A DNA stretch of 63,734 bases, the filler included, from Choristocarpus tenellus KU-1152 (lineage: Eukaryota > Protista > Phaeophyceae), in NCBI GenBank assembly GCA_964200185.2. It is 12 parts of 12 records of this genome, joined end to end, with 100 filler letters (N's around TTAATTAATTAA, not from the genome) between each part and the next. Parts side by side here need not be neighbours in the genome. Positions count along the whole stretch, not along the records: positions 11,121 to 15,986 come from CAXNAD020012736.1; positions 16,087 to 18,587 come from CAXNAD020027293.1; positions 18,688 to 23,067 come from CAXNAD020014822.1; positions 23,168 to 41,326 come from CAXNAD020000577.1; 8 more parts are not named here. The stretch is one strand, 5' to 3'. The translations under genes and the position numbers were made by a program. Shown here one piece after another: positions 13,045-24,896 of this stretch. Each line of letters begins with the position of its first letter. Position 1 is the stretch's first letter. The notes beneath the pieces are model-generated. The model was given only the letters and a program-made list of their open reading frames with translations. It made no database searches and was not told the DNA's origin.

Positions 13045-13913
13045 AACCCTAACCCTAATCCATGGTTGTGTTTAGGATCAGAAGTCTCTCAAGTGTTAGG
13101 AGGTGCTATACTTCAAAGCCCTCTCTTTACCTCACTGTTGAAGTATTTGTGATTTGTGGGGGGGGGGGGGGGGGGGGGGGGTTGGTGGTGGGGGAAATTT
13201 GTTCGGGGGGGGGAGATNNNNNNNNNGGGTTCGTTTGTGGTTGGGGAAACTTGCTCAGGGGGTGAACTTTGGAGGTTACGGATGCCTCCCAGGTACGGAG
13301 GCGTGTGTCAAGTTGTTGGTCAGCCCCAAACATATTGTTTTGTTTCTGACTACTGATAATGAAACAGGAGTTGTTTTTTTTGCATTTCTTGAGCGTCCAA
13401 CTTAGAGGATGGTGAATTACACCTAGCGTGGTGGAAGCCGAGCAATCGGTGGAATATAGGTGTGTCCCCTTGTCCAATCGGAAGTCAGATCGTACGCATG
13501 TATACTTGTTTTTTATTGGGTTCTTTTTTTTCTTTGAAGAATCAAAAAGATTCGTAATGGATGCTTGCTTCTTTTGAAAAAGAACACATTATTAGGGTTA
13601 GGGTTAGATGATTCGCAAATGCTTGAAAGTGTGTATGACTGGTGCAGTGCATAGGGGAGCAGAACCCCCCTGTCTTCAGGAACCCCACAGAATATATATT
13701 TTTGCTTTTTTTTTTGCATTCATTTTTGAAACCCTAACCCTAACCTTAACTTGTGTGTGAAAAATTATCTCTTAACCACCCGAGGAAACATTCTAGAAGA
13801 AGTGGTGGTGGAGTGTGGTGTGTGCACTTGGGAACCACAACCTCTCAAGGATCCACCACTTTTTACTTTTTCACACTAATTTTCGAAAATCTCTAACCCT
13901 AACCCTAACCCTA
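13045..13913. repeat. Four short interstitial telomeric (TTAGGG/CCCTAA) arrays
   Basis: Arrays of 2-3 units at ~13045, ~13592, ~13731, ~13894, in both orientations. Confidence 0.8.
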
Positions 13914-14087
13914 TATCCAAAAGCTTTTGTTTGAAGGAGTAAAAAATGTATGGGGATTGGGATCTCCTGTGCAATTCACCAGTAAATAATGAGAACATAA
14001 ATTAGAGTTCATCACACTATCGATAACTAGGAGGTGGGAGACGATTGTGCTTTTTGTTTGGTTGAACTCAACCCACCTGTACTTTGC

Positions 14088-14572
14088 TACTCCATTGAAG
14101 TATGTTAATAGTAGTACTTTCGTCGGAGTGGGATTTCCACACCATGTTGCCCTTCAGTACTACATTGAAGTATATTAATTGTAGTACATTTATCAATGTG
14201 GGTTTTCCTCACCATGTTGTCGCTCACTACTCCGTTGAGGTATATTAATTGTAGTACATTTATCAATGTGGGTTTTCCTCACCATGTTGTTGCTCACTAC
14301 TCCGTTGAGGTATATTAATTGTAGTACATTTGTGGGTGTGGGTTTTCCACACCATGTTGCCCTTCACTACTACGTTGAAGTATATGAATCGAAGTACATT
14401 TTTCAATGTGGGTGGGTTTTCCACACCATGTTGCCCTTCACTACTACATTGAAGTGTATTAATTGTACTACGTTCGTCAATGTGGGTTTTCCACACCATG
14501 TTGTCGTTCACTACTCCATTGAAGTATATTAATTGGAGTACATTTGTCAATGTTGTTTTTCCGCACCATGTG
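14088..14572. repeat. 70-bp minisatellite, about 7 units
   Basis: Unit approx. CTACTCCGTTGAAGTATATTAATTGTAGTACATTTATCAATGTGGGTTTTCCACACCATGTTGCCCTTCA; 70-bp offset seen between 14171 and 14241. Confidence 0.92.
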
Positions 14573-14705
14573 CGGATGTACTCTGTATCCCTTACTTAAC
14601 ATTGATGCAGTCTTGAATTGCATTCTTGTGGTAGACACCCAACCAACCAGGTCGCCCAAACGCCCTCCTCTGATTTTTCCATGTTCCTCTACCAACATCA
14701 CCCAG

Positions 14706-14851
14706 GATCAATCCCAACACAGTACAGCATCCTTCGCTGGGAAGTGCCAATCACAGTGGTACCACCCCGATGGGGCTCTGGAGTTGGAGAGGGTGCTGAA
14801 AACCTGGAGCCAAATGGAAGCTATGAGGTGGTTCGATCAATGCTGTGCTAA
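14706..14851 (+). CDS. Possible terminal exon, weak resemblance to the RGP1-type C-terminus
   Basis: CCCAG acceptor then GSIPTQYSILRWEVPITVVPPRWG..LC*. The W-x-V-P-I-x-V-x-P pattern recalls RGP1. No other exons found. Confidence 0.25.
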
Positions 14852-15059
14852 GTGTCTTGATGTACATGTCCACTTCATACATGGGTGCAGTTGATGTGCG
14901 CTGAGTGGGAAGGAAGGAGATGGTGATGGGCGGGGGGGGAGACACCAATTTTTCCTTGGTTGGGTTTGGCTTGGTGACTCCGCTCTGTTGTGGACACAAT
15001 GTGAAGAGTAGGAAGTGGTCCATACTCAAGATTGATGCGGTTCTTTAGCTTTGGCTTTT

Positions 15060-15368
15060 GAGGCTAAAGTAGGTGGCCGGTAGGTAGGTACCCTTGTTTT
15101 GACAAGTCTTGCGTTCTTCACCAATTTTTTAATCTTTTTCTTTTTCTTCTTTTTTTTCACCAGTATTTCTGTAGACGAAGTGCCGAGTTTGTGTGACTTG
15201 AGAGAGTTGAGTTCTGTATAGTTTTAAAAAAGCTTTCGATAGAATATTTCAGAAAATATCCTACACGCATTTTGAAAAGAATAAAAAAAAACACGGAATT
15301 TTGTGCACATGTTTGTCAGCGTGTCCTTAAAAAGTGCAACCCTGGGTACCTCTCGTTTGCTTTTACTA
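15060..15368 (-). mobile_element. MITE family B, degenerate inverted copy
   Basis: Right end TGCAACCCTGGGTACCTCTCGTTTGCTTT is the reverse complement of the family B left end; internal GACTTGAGAGAGTTGA complements TCAACCCTCTCAAGTC. Confidence 0.7.
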
Positions 15369-17187
15369 TGTAGTGTCTCGCTGTGATGTGATGCTGTGAA
15401 CTATGTTGTGCGAGCGCATCAGGAGTTGAATCACTATTTGTTGGCTTTATTTAGTACCACAATGGTTGTGTTTATTGTGGTGTGGTTCATGGTTTATTTT
15501 TCTTCCTCTTCTTGACTTGTGTAGTGGGCAAACTGCTGTGTCCAAAATGCTGCTGCTCTTTTTTCACTGGTTTTTAGTCTAGTCCTGCCTGGAATATTCA
15601 CTACACTCCTCCTCAGAGCTCAATGCGGTCCCATCATGTCAGGCAGGAAGCATCATATTCAGAGGACAAATTGAAGTATTATACTATAATTATTATTCAG
15701 ATATAAATGCAACAAAAAGGCCTGGTTGAGACTGGCGATCATAAGAGTTAGCCAAGCAAACCCAGAGAAGATATACTCAGGCTGAATGAACTCATTGAAG
15801 AAGCCACAGCCGCCAAAAACAGTGTATCCCCTACTTTTAGTTGCATATACTCTGGAGCGTTTGACACTAAGCAAATATAAATCTCAAAAGAAGCACCAAC
15901 AAGATGTACTTGTAAGGTACTTGTACTTTCTCATCAGATAGAGGTTATACTAAGTATTGGCTCGAAGTATCTGGGGGGGGGGGAGGNNNNNNNNNNNNNN
16001 NNNNNNNNNNNNNNNNNNNNNNNNNNNNNNTTAATTAATTAANNNNNNNNNNNNNNNNNNNNNNNNNNNNNNNNNNNNNNNNNNNNTTGGTCCAAATGGA
16101 CACCCTGGTTTAGCCCCCCCCCCCCCTCCCAGATACTTTGGGTCCAATGTTGTCAGCACAAAGGTACAGTTTCTAACTACCACAACTTTCAACACACCTT
16201 ACTCCTCTCCCTACGGATGCCCAGTACCACTTTGGCATGGGATCATCGGTTGGGCCTTGGGGAAAAGCATGCATCCACACAATACATGTATGCCATGACC
16301 AGTCACATCAGCAGTAAATTCAAAAATTGGTAGCAGTACAGGCGTTTGAGTTAGGGGCGGGGGAGGAAGCGAGGAGTAGGAAGAACAGCAACATCCTGGT
16401 TTGGGGAAGGAGGTTCCATAGACATAGTAAGGAGATAGGAGGTGACAAGGATGGGATCGTTGATTGTTTTGAAAGGTGGTGAAATTTATTGCGCTGGGTG
16501 AATCAGAGGACTGGGAAATGGACAGAGTGAGGCAAAATAAATTACTGAAAGGGTCGAACGTCACTTTGAGTGGCCTGGTTAGGTTATACCCCGACTTTTA
16601 GGGGACAGAGAGGAGCGAAGTAGATTCGTGCAATGCACACAGGGTCAGGAATACTGAATGTAAGATGTGGATGCGAGTTGTATCCGTACCTGTCCAGAAG
16701 TGGCACGGGATTTGTAACAGATTATATCTACTACCTAAAGTAAAATGATCCTTGGATAATGTTGAGGAGACTTTCCAATCTCAGGGAGCACTTTGAGAGG
16801 GACAAAAGAGGTTAAATTCTCTCCGCACCATGTGTGAAGTTAGTCACAATCATGGAGTGATGTCTAGAGGGAAGTATCAAGGAGAGAGACCTTTTCAAGG
16901 GGCGAAATGTTATCTTGTGAATCTAGAGGACTAAGGCAGTTGAAGACAATGCGCAGTTTTACGCCATAGACTGATATTTTCGAAAAAAAAAAACTTGACC
17001 AGGACAGAACTCAGGAAAAGGGTGACTGGAGCCTTGCATGAGCCACTTGGGAAACGAAATTAATTATGGTTGTAGAAAGGAAGAAGAGTGACGTTGTGTG
17101 CACTCTCACTCAAGTGCCTTCATTGTATTTTACCTAAATTGTGCACACCTCAAGATTTTGTTCTTTATTTCAGACGCATGATTATGA

Positions 17188-17444
17188 GAGTCAAAGCATT
17201 TAAAAGGGTAGGGTCACATCCGTTTGGGGTGATAAATCCAATGTTGCGATTTTGATGAATTTTGGCTATTGTGATTGTTAGCAAGTGTCAATATCCTTGC
17301 TCTGGACACACCTTTCATAGTCGTGTACATTTTAGGAAGCTGTGTTCACACAGAAAACCGGAAAAGGGTATAAAAAAAACATGGGAAGCCAAGCCCCAAA
17401 CAGACAGAAAGGGCAAACTCATACCCTCTTAAATGCTTTTGGTC
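17188..17444 (+). mobile_element. MITE family A, full diverged copy
   Basis: GAGTCAAAGCATTTAAAAGGGTA ... TACCCTCTTAAATGCTTTTGGTC; TGA on both flanks. Confidence 0.85.
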
Positions 17445-18322
17445 TGAAGAATCCCCAAATGAGATCTAAAATGCTCAAGGTATACGGAAGCACGTATGAT
17501 GTATGAAAATTGCTGGCAGGCATGGAGAAATCCCGCGTATGACACTTTAAAACACCTTGACTGGTGTGGAAACTCCACCTATTTTTGTTCTTTTTGTCAT
17601 ATTGTTGCTTATTTTTCGGTCCATTGGTGCTAAGTGCACACGTGCAAAAGGTGTGGGCACAGAGAGCTTGCTCGCAAGTCTGGAAGTATGTGTGTTTGTT
17701 GTATATATATAAAGGGTGACCTTGCGCATTTACCATCAAATAATGAGGTTCCTATGGATACATGCTGTGCCAGAACCGACTATCAAAATAATGCACACAC
17801 TCCAACATTCCTTTTCTTTTTTATGCACTGTTATGGAGGACCTCCAAACAAGAGTGGTTGGGGTACCTGTGGCTGAATTCACTCTATCAAATAGTGCTCA
17901 TGCCTTCATCTGTAGATCCAGGAGAATTTATCCTCCCAAAAACTAAGTAATAATTACAAACTTTGCTCCTTTTCGTAGATGCTCAATTATGGAGGGTTTC
18001 TAAATGGGATTGCCGTGGATACCTGTGGCAGAACTGACCTTCACAAAATACAGTAATACAAATATTTGATTGCACATGCCTCGAGATTTCCTTTTTATAA
18101 AGACACGTGATTATGGACAACCCTCAAACAATTGCCGTCGTGGGAGATCTAGCTCTACGTAGTACTTCAACCGTGAAGTAATATAAATAATTCAAACATA
18201 GGCATAGTGGTAGTGTGAACCTGATCTATTTCGATCAATTCACTTTTCCACAACAATGCTACCCAACAATGTTACCCACATCCAAGCACTGGGCAAACAA
18301 CTCACCCTGTATGATTCGTTTC

Positions 18323-18479
18323 GAGCCAAATTGAACGAGAGGTACCCAAAGTTGCATATCAAGGATGCTGACAAATGTGAAAATTCGGCCTTTTGAACAA
18401 ATGTGTGTAGGGACTTTTCTAAATTCTGTCAAAATTTTCAAACAAGAGAGATTAACGCTCTCAAGTCAGTCTTAGCTTT
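18323..18479 (+). mobile_element. MITE family B, left part, interrupted by a family A copy
   Basis: GAGCCAAATTGAACGAGAGGTACCC..CTCTCAAGTCAGTCTTAGC matches 48302 and 24626. Confidence 0.8.
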
Positions 18480-18587
18480 GAGTGAAAGTATCTTAGAGGG
18501 TACGAGTTTTCCCCTGTTTGTCCATTTGGGGCTTGGCTTCCCTCGGGGTTTTTATGATATTTTCCTACTCCAAAATATTTCGGAGTA
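18480..18587 (-). mobile_element. MITE family A, inverted, contig-truncated
   Basis: GAGTGAAAGTATCTTAGAGGGTACGAGTTTTCCCCTGTTTGTCCATTTGGGGCTTGGCTTCCC is the reverse complement of the family A right end. Confidence 0.88.
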
Positions 18588-18697
18588 NNNNNNNNNNNNN
18601 NNNNNNNNNNNNNNNNNNNNNNNNNNNNNNNTTAATTAATTAANNNNNNNNNNNNNNNNNNNNNNNNNNNNNNNNNNNNNNNNNNNNGGGGGGTGGT

Positions 18698-18731
<34 letters not shown>

Positions 18732-19094
18732 ATAGCCGATTTGTCCATTACGGGCTTAATGGGATATACTCAGATGTGCCAGTTTGATCCTCATTTCATG
18801 AGTGATTTTCCTTTGTATCTGATCAAGGGGATGGGAAAGGAAGGTGCATTCAGACTAAAGAAATTCCCCCTTCTCTCTGTCACGTTCACTCACATTACAT
18901 GAAATCACTACAGGGTCACACAGGCACCCAATGGACAAATGACCCCCCCTCAAAGATAGTATTTGTTACATCTCATCCTCATAGAACTAGAACTAGAGCT
19001 AAAGAGTGCATGCAGCCCCACCAATGTTGCCACATTATGACTTTGAACAGGTTTGGGATATTTCACAAGGAATAAGGGGTTAGGGATACTGCAC

Positions 19095-22000
19095 CTTGAG
19101 CATTAAGAGCACTGCACACTTGTGTCTAGGAGAGAGCACATACCCCAAGTTGATCTCCGCTGCTCCCCATACCTGATATCAATTGTCTAAGAGATGAGGT
19201 CATGGAAGGCATTACTATTGATGGGAATCACACCAGCTAGTAATATTGAACCTGAAGGACCCGTCCCCTATCTTTCTCAAACTTTGGGCTGCTCAACCAA
19301 GCCTCGACAGTTGGTTTCTCCGAAAGTATGTATTTCCCTAACCCTAACTCAACAGTTGGTATTCCATATACTAATCACTATGTGGAAGGGTGATCAGATC
19401 ATGACTGGAGTACATCTCCAAAAGTGTATATAACCCCAGAACAGCCACAAACATAAAGCTACAAACTTTACCTAGAATAGTGACCTATTTCAATCCGAGT
19501 CTCCGAGCAGCAGATCAACCAATAAATTAGAAATAAATTACCTATAAATTACCTATAAATTACCAATAAATTAGAAATACAAGGTGCACCTGTAGAGATC
19601 CAAATGATGCATTTCCACAGTGGTGAAGGGACTATGTATGAGGCATGTGAGTCAGAATGATGGAAATGTCAAGATAGGTTTGGAATGAACTGGTTGTATG
19701 CCACAAGGGATTGGACTATGTATGAGTGCACAAGAGCATGGTTTAACTTTCTTTTGTGATAATTGACCACTCACCTCTTGGTCTGTCATGCCATTACGAG
19801 CTCCATATAATACTGCTGAGACAGCACCCATGATCTTTGTGCCCTCCTGAAATATGGAGATCATTGGGAGTTGGGTCATTAGCCACTGGTAAATTACTGA
19901 CTATCATGAGGAGAATGATTCTGAGGTTATTGCTCGATAGCAGACCATCATGTAGTCATGTAGGAATGGACAAATCAGCTTTAAGGGATCCCCGAATCCT
20001 TCATTCAGTTGTGTCAGAGGCAGGTGGAGAAGTGAGACCCTGAGATTGTTGTGAGGAATGTAAACCTGAGCTGCTCATGAACATCCTATTACGTCTAATG
20101 AGACCTGAAGCTCTGCTCACAGCAGAAACCCTTCTAGAGAATAACTGAACTTGTTCCATACATCCTTAACATGACACCGTAGGAGGCATCAAGAGAGTAT
20201 GTTTTAAGTCCCACTTTGCTGCGCACTATGCATGCTCCAGAATGGATGCAAATAGAGTGCTGGGTCCGTTGAGTTACTATTATGTATGTATTATGCATGT
20301 ATGGGGTGAGGGAACAAGTATACACCCCCTTGGTTAGTTTGATGATGTGTAGTACATACCTACCTCACCTCTCCCTCATCAACATATGCAGCACACACAT
20401 CAAGAACTTTTGATGTCAGTGAAATACTGTCCTCCAGGGAGAGGTAGACATCCAGGAGTCGTTGAACTGGGCTGGTCTTTGCTTGATCCAAGTCCCCAAT
20501 GTCACCCTCACCCTCACCCTCACCCTCACTGTAGCTATGGATCCCAAAATTGCTGGTTCCATCTGATGTCACCGATGCAGACTTGCCTTTTGTTTGTAGA
20601 TGCATGTTTTCAAGGGCCACCCCTAGACGAAGGGCGTACACCAAGGTTCGGAGATACATGGGCTTGGACTGTGCCTGAACGTGAACAATGCGATCGATCT
20701 TGAAGACGGAGAGAGAGACGGACGGACGGACGGACGGACGGACGGACGGAAGAAGTCGGTTTACATCATTGTACCTGTTTCAAGTGATGTTAATGGATGT
20801 CACGTAGAACATGCCACCTGACATCGAACGCTTCGAAGAATCTATTACCGATTTTAATTTTGTTTTTGAGGGATAGGTTGAGTATCCCAATAATATATAT
20901 ATATATATATATACCTGGTCTGCAGAAAGCTGTATCTCATTGGGGTGCATGTGAGTGAAGGAGGATATAATAGACCGCTGGCACTCTTCATTCATTAGCT
21001 CCATCTCCATCACAGGGCAATTTCTGTCGGAAAAATATTTTTCAGGTACATGAGATCAGTGTGAGAGCATGTGCTTGAGTTTACTATTTTGGGTGTTTAT
21101 GAGTACTCAGGAGTGATGTCAATGATCGTTGATCAATATGTGAATCATTAAATATAAATACATATACTTGGAAGTGACATTGAAGGTATACCAGGTATGT
21201 CAGGTTCAATTGACCCTGTTGAGTGCCCTCTATGGTGCGTGCTTGATATGTACTACTACTAGTATGTATGCATATTCTCTTTTTTGACATGACTGAAAGA
21301 AGTCGTTTGCAACATTAATTTCAATTCAATACTGTGCACAGACGTGATACATTTGCTGTCCCTATCGAAACTGACTTGAAGAGAAAATTAAAATCAACTT
21401 TTTCTAATACTTTTGTTAACTACTTAGGGTTAGGGTTAGGGTTAGGGTAGAGCTGGGACTTTGACTCTACCAGGCGGAACCTAATTCTAGCAGGCACCAC
21501 AAATTTGCAGCTTTGCCTTATCAAGATATTGATGAAGATATGGTAGAAGTACATCCTACTGAAATATCCTGTGAGACCTATACACACTAGAATCAGTTGA
21601 GCCAAAGTATCTTTGAGGGTAGAGTCCTGTCCATTTTGGGGCCAGATCGGAAGGAGCNNNNNNNNNNGATTTTGATGTAATTTTGGCTATCGTGTTTGTT
21701 AGGAAGTGTCAATATCCATGTTCCCGACACATGTTTTCATAACGTATACATTTTACCTACTCCAAAACATTTCGGAGTAGAAAAATGTCATAAAAAAACC
21801 CGTGGGAAGCCAAGCCCCAAATGGACAAACAGGGAAAACTTGTACCCTCATAGACGCTTTCACTCAGTTCAAGGATTATTTGGTGCATGTTCTTGGCTGC
21901 ACTTGAAAGGATCAAATTGTAGAGAAATTGAAAATAATTTTGATTAGCCTGTTCAAGTTCTGCATGATCCAAAGTATATGGACAATTTTCTCAAATGAGA

Positions 22001-22731
22001 CACACTTGTTGAGATGGTGACAACCATTACCTGCAGCACTTGCAGCACCTACCTCTCCACACAGCTTGGACTTTCTCACTCTCAAAACGTTACCTGATCT
22101 CCTCAACAGCAGTGCCTCAGTCTTAAGATTATGCCAGGCACCCATGGGGAAAATGTGTGTGTTGCTTTTTTCTTCATGAACTGTCGTTACATATAGCTAT
22201 ATGATTTCCTTCTATTACTATTACGGGTGATGCTACTTCAAAACTTCCTTCTATTACTTTTTTGACTACTGGACAAGCTACATCTACACGTCACAATTGA
22301 GAAATCTGGAATAGAAGAATTATAATTATTCTGATTTTCTGGTGATTGCATCTGATTTTCTGTATCATCTATCTGACCTTTCCTACTCTGTATGGTAAGG
22401 GATCCAATCTATTCCTTCCCCTTGAATCGTGCAGTCAGTATTCATGTTCTATTTCTAGTGTAGCAGATTTAAATAGAAAAAATATATACTTGGCCCACAA
22501 GTAGCAGTACAACAGGATCAATACCCGAGCAATGGTTATGTTATGTTATGTTATGTTATGTTATGTTGCCTCTTACCACTAATCTTACCGCCGCAACAAC
22601 TCTTCATATGCCCTGTGGGGTTTGGGTGCCCCTCCCTTCTCCATTGTGGCCACAGTTGACACAATGAATCTTACACCAGCTGGCAGCTCAGTTGGAAGCC
22701 AATGAAGGGCTCCTGCAGGCATCTCTTGCCC
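19095..22731 (-). CDS. Internal fragment of a NACHT/STAND NTPase protein (NPHP3/TEP1/NWD-like); exons 22731-22589, 21023-20915, 20698-20369, 19846-19775, 19172-19095
   Basis: Phase-compatible GT-AG exons give ALHWLPTELPAGVRFIVST..AYEELLRRNCPVMEMELM..QIDRIVHVQAQSKPMYLRTLVYAL..AVLYGARNGMTDQEVW. WLP..LP..V.FI.ST, P.YL and .R.G+T..E+ are typical of the post-Walker-B region of this family. Confidence 0.75.
21424..21460 (+). repeat. (TTAGGG)4 fused to a family A TIR remnant
   Basis: (TTAGGG)4-TAGAGCTGGG versus TTAGAGGGTAGAGCTGGG at 5411. Confidence 0.65.
21599..21865 (+). mobile_element. MITE family A, full copy inside an intron
   Basis: GAGCCAAAGTATCTTTGAGGGTA ... TACCCTCATAGACGCTTTCACTC; AGTT on both flanks. 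Confidence 0.9.
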
Positions 22732-22856
22732 CTGCTCAAGGTTCAACCAATAAGCAAACACACAGGCAGCAATGGACATATTTGGTAGAGATGACAATTG
22801 TACAATGCATTTTAACATGGCTAATGTAGGTGCAATGAGGTGCTAGCATAGATGAC

Positions 22857-23067
22857 GTACAATGGGTATTATTAATAGAAGAACATGATGGATCACAACT
22901 AACAAGTACAATATAGTATTATTAATAGAAGAACATGATCGATCACAACTAACAAGTACAATATAGTATTATTAATAGAAGAACATGATCGATCACAACT
23001 AACAAGTACAATATAGTATTATTAATAGAAGAACATGATCGATCACAACTAACAAGTACAATATAGT
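22857..23067. repeat. 50-bp minisatellite, about 4 units, contig-truncated
   Basis: Unit GTACAATATAGTATTATTAATAGAAGAACATGATCGATCACAACTAACAA. Confidence 0.95.
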
Positions 23068-23167
23068 NNNNNNNNNNNNNNNNNNNNNNNNNNNNNNNNN
23101 NNNNNNNNNNNTTAATTAATTAANNNNNNNNNNNNNNNNNNNNNNNNNNNNNNNNNNNNNNNNNNNN

Positions 23168-23849
23168 TACCGCTGGGACCTCAAGATGTGCCCCCTTGTC
23201 CAAGATGTGGGTCTCCCCGTAGGTTTGAGTTTCAGGTGCGCTACTCTTTTTTTTTTCCTTGTAGTGAGAGGAGAAGTGTGATAGCGTCCATGCCTCTGTT
23301 GATTCAGGCTTTTGCATGCACTGCAGGTCTACTCTCGACATATGGGGGGACACGCACACACACACGCTCACACACACACACACACGCGCGCGCTCACACA
23401 CACACTCACACACACACAAGATGAATGTATCGGAAGTTTTGAGTGTGATGTGACTGTCACTGCAATGCGAGTTGACTTCTACAATTGGGAGCTGTGATGG
23501 TGTTTTTTTGTCCGTTGGCTGTTGCCAGGTGTTGCCCCACCTCCTACACTTCCTTGGCGTAGAAGCTTGTGGAAAGGTCTGGGACCCTGCAGTGGCCATG
23601 GGGTCTTCACCTGGTAAAGTTGATACTCCGATCCAGCACACCATGGACTGGGGTACCCTCGCTGTGTACACATGTCCCAATAGCTGCGGATCATCTTTTA
23701 TGCAGGGTGGGGATGGAGATGGAGATGGTACTGTTGGGGCAGAGTCTGGGACCATCTTAGGGAAGGGTGAAACTGATGGGAGCGAGGAGGTTGGTGGCTC
23801 CCTCCAGGGATATATTGAGGAGTTTGTGTGGCGGCAGCCCCCGCCTTGA
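23168..23849 (+). CDS. PDCD2: PDCD2-family protein, C-terminal part; exons <23168-23235 and 23529-23849
   Basis: VPPCPRCGSPRRFEFQ|VLPHLLHFL..MDWGTLAVYTCPNSC..GYIEEFVWRQPPP* contains the PDCD2_C signatures; phase-0 GT-AG intron 23236-23528. Confidence 0.88.
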
Positions 23850-24625
23850 GCCCTTCCTATTACCGTCCTCACTACCCTCAGCTGAGCCTCACCCAGTCAA
23901 CATTTGGTGCTTTGGGGGGGGAGTGGGAGAGACCAAAGTGTTTGGGAAGAGGTTGAGAGAGGCATGTGACGTGTATGGTTGCAAATTGACCACTTGTATA
24001 CCCAGGGAGTTATTAAATTGCTGAGATGCACAGAAAAAATATTTCCATGTTTACCATTTAGTTATGGGTGGAATAATTGTGGGTAAGAAGTAGAGGTGCT
24101 TTTTTTCTGAAGGATTATATATACTTGGATGTGTTTTAATGTAACATTTAGTGCCCAGTAATGCCATCTAATGACAGAGGTGGTTGCAGCCAAAAAGTTG
24201 ATATTCATGCTAGAAGTCTCTGTTGTCTGTAAGCAATACGGTGTTGTCTTCATTTGTCCCTTGCCTTTCTCGTAGTGTTGTCCCGAGGAGCTCTAGAGCT
24301 GTAGCAGCATTGTTTTAGGAATTATGAGAGAGCTAGTATATGTAGTGTTTTATTCAAAGAATTACACTTGGAAAAGATAAAATGCTCTTATTGTTATTGT
24401 TGTAGTAATGATAATAGCATGTTGTGCTGAAGGGTAGTTCATCCTATGGTACTTGGTAGTATGTAAAGAAAAGAAAATAAGCTTGTCCAAGTACATGTTT
24501 GAGCAAGCTGTGCCATAGTGTTAGTATTGAAGTATCACTGCAGTTTTACATTTAAGCTTGCACTCTGAATAGTAATTTTGTTGAGTCGCCCAGACACTTG
24601 TTTCTATTACTTGTACATGAACATA

Positions 24626-24896
24626 GAGTCAAAGTAAATGAGAGGTACCCAGAGTTTTGCATTTTATGGATGCTTTACAAGTATGTGAAAAAATTCGTCT
24701 GTTTTTACAAATGCATATAGGATATTTTATTTATTGTGATGAAACTTTTCAAGCAGTAGAGAAATCAACCCTCTCAAGTCAAACTTAGCGCTTCATCCAT
24801 AGAAGTATGGGTAAATTGTAAAGTATAAAAAACTTAGGGTTAGGGCTTGAAATGCAGAATGACCAAGATCTGGGTAGCTCTCGTTTATTTTGACTC
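24626..24896 (+). mobile_element. MITE family B, full copy (271 bp)
   Basis: TIRs GAGTCAAAGTAAATGAGAGGTACCCAGA / TCTGGGTAGCTCTCGTTTATTTTGACTC; flanks ATA/ACA. Confidence 0.88.

Noticed and set aside
14088-14572. CRISPR-like array or ORFs in the 70-bp repeat
   Set aside because: Units are contiguous with no unique spacers, no cas genes, and 70 is not a multiple of 3.
15659-16735. Exon-like pieces at 15720-15868 and 16215-16735
   Set aside because: Several frames or strands are equally open, no motif recognised, and they lie on two different contigs.
22857-23067. CRISPR-like 50-bp repeat
   Set aside because: Head-to-tail identical units without spacers; an intronic minisatellite.
23120-23872. 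250-aa minus-strand ORF
   Set aside because: Antisense shadow of PDCD2 plus a (TG)n tract.
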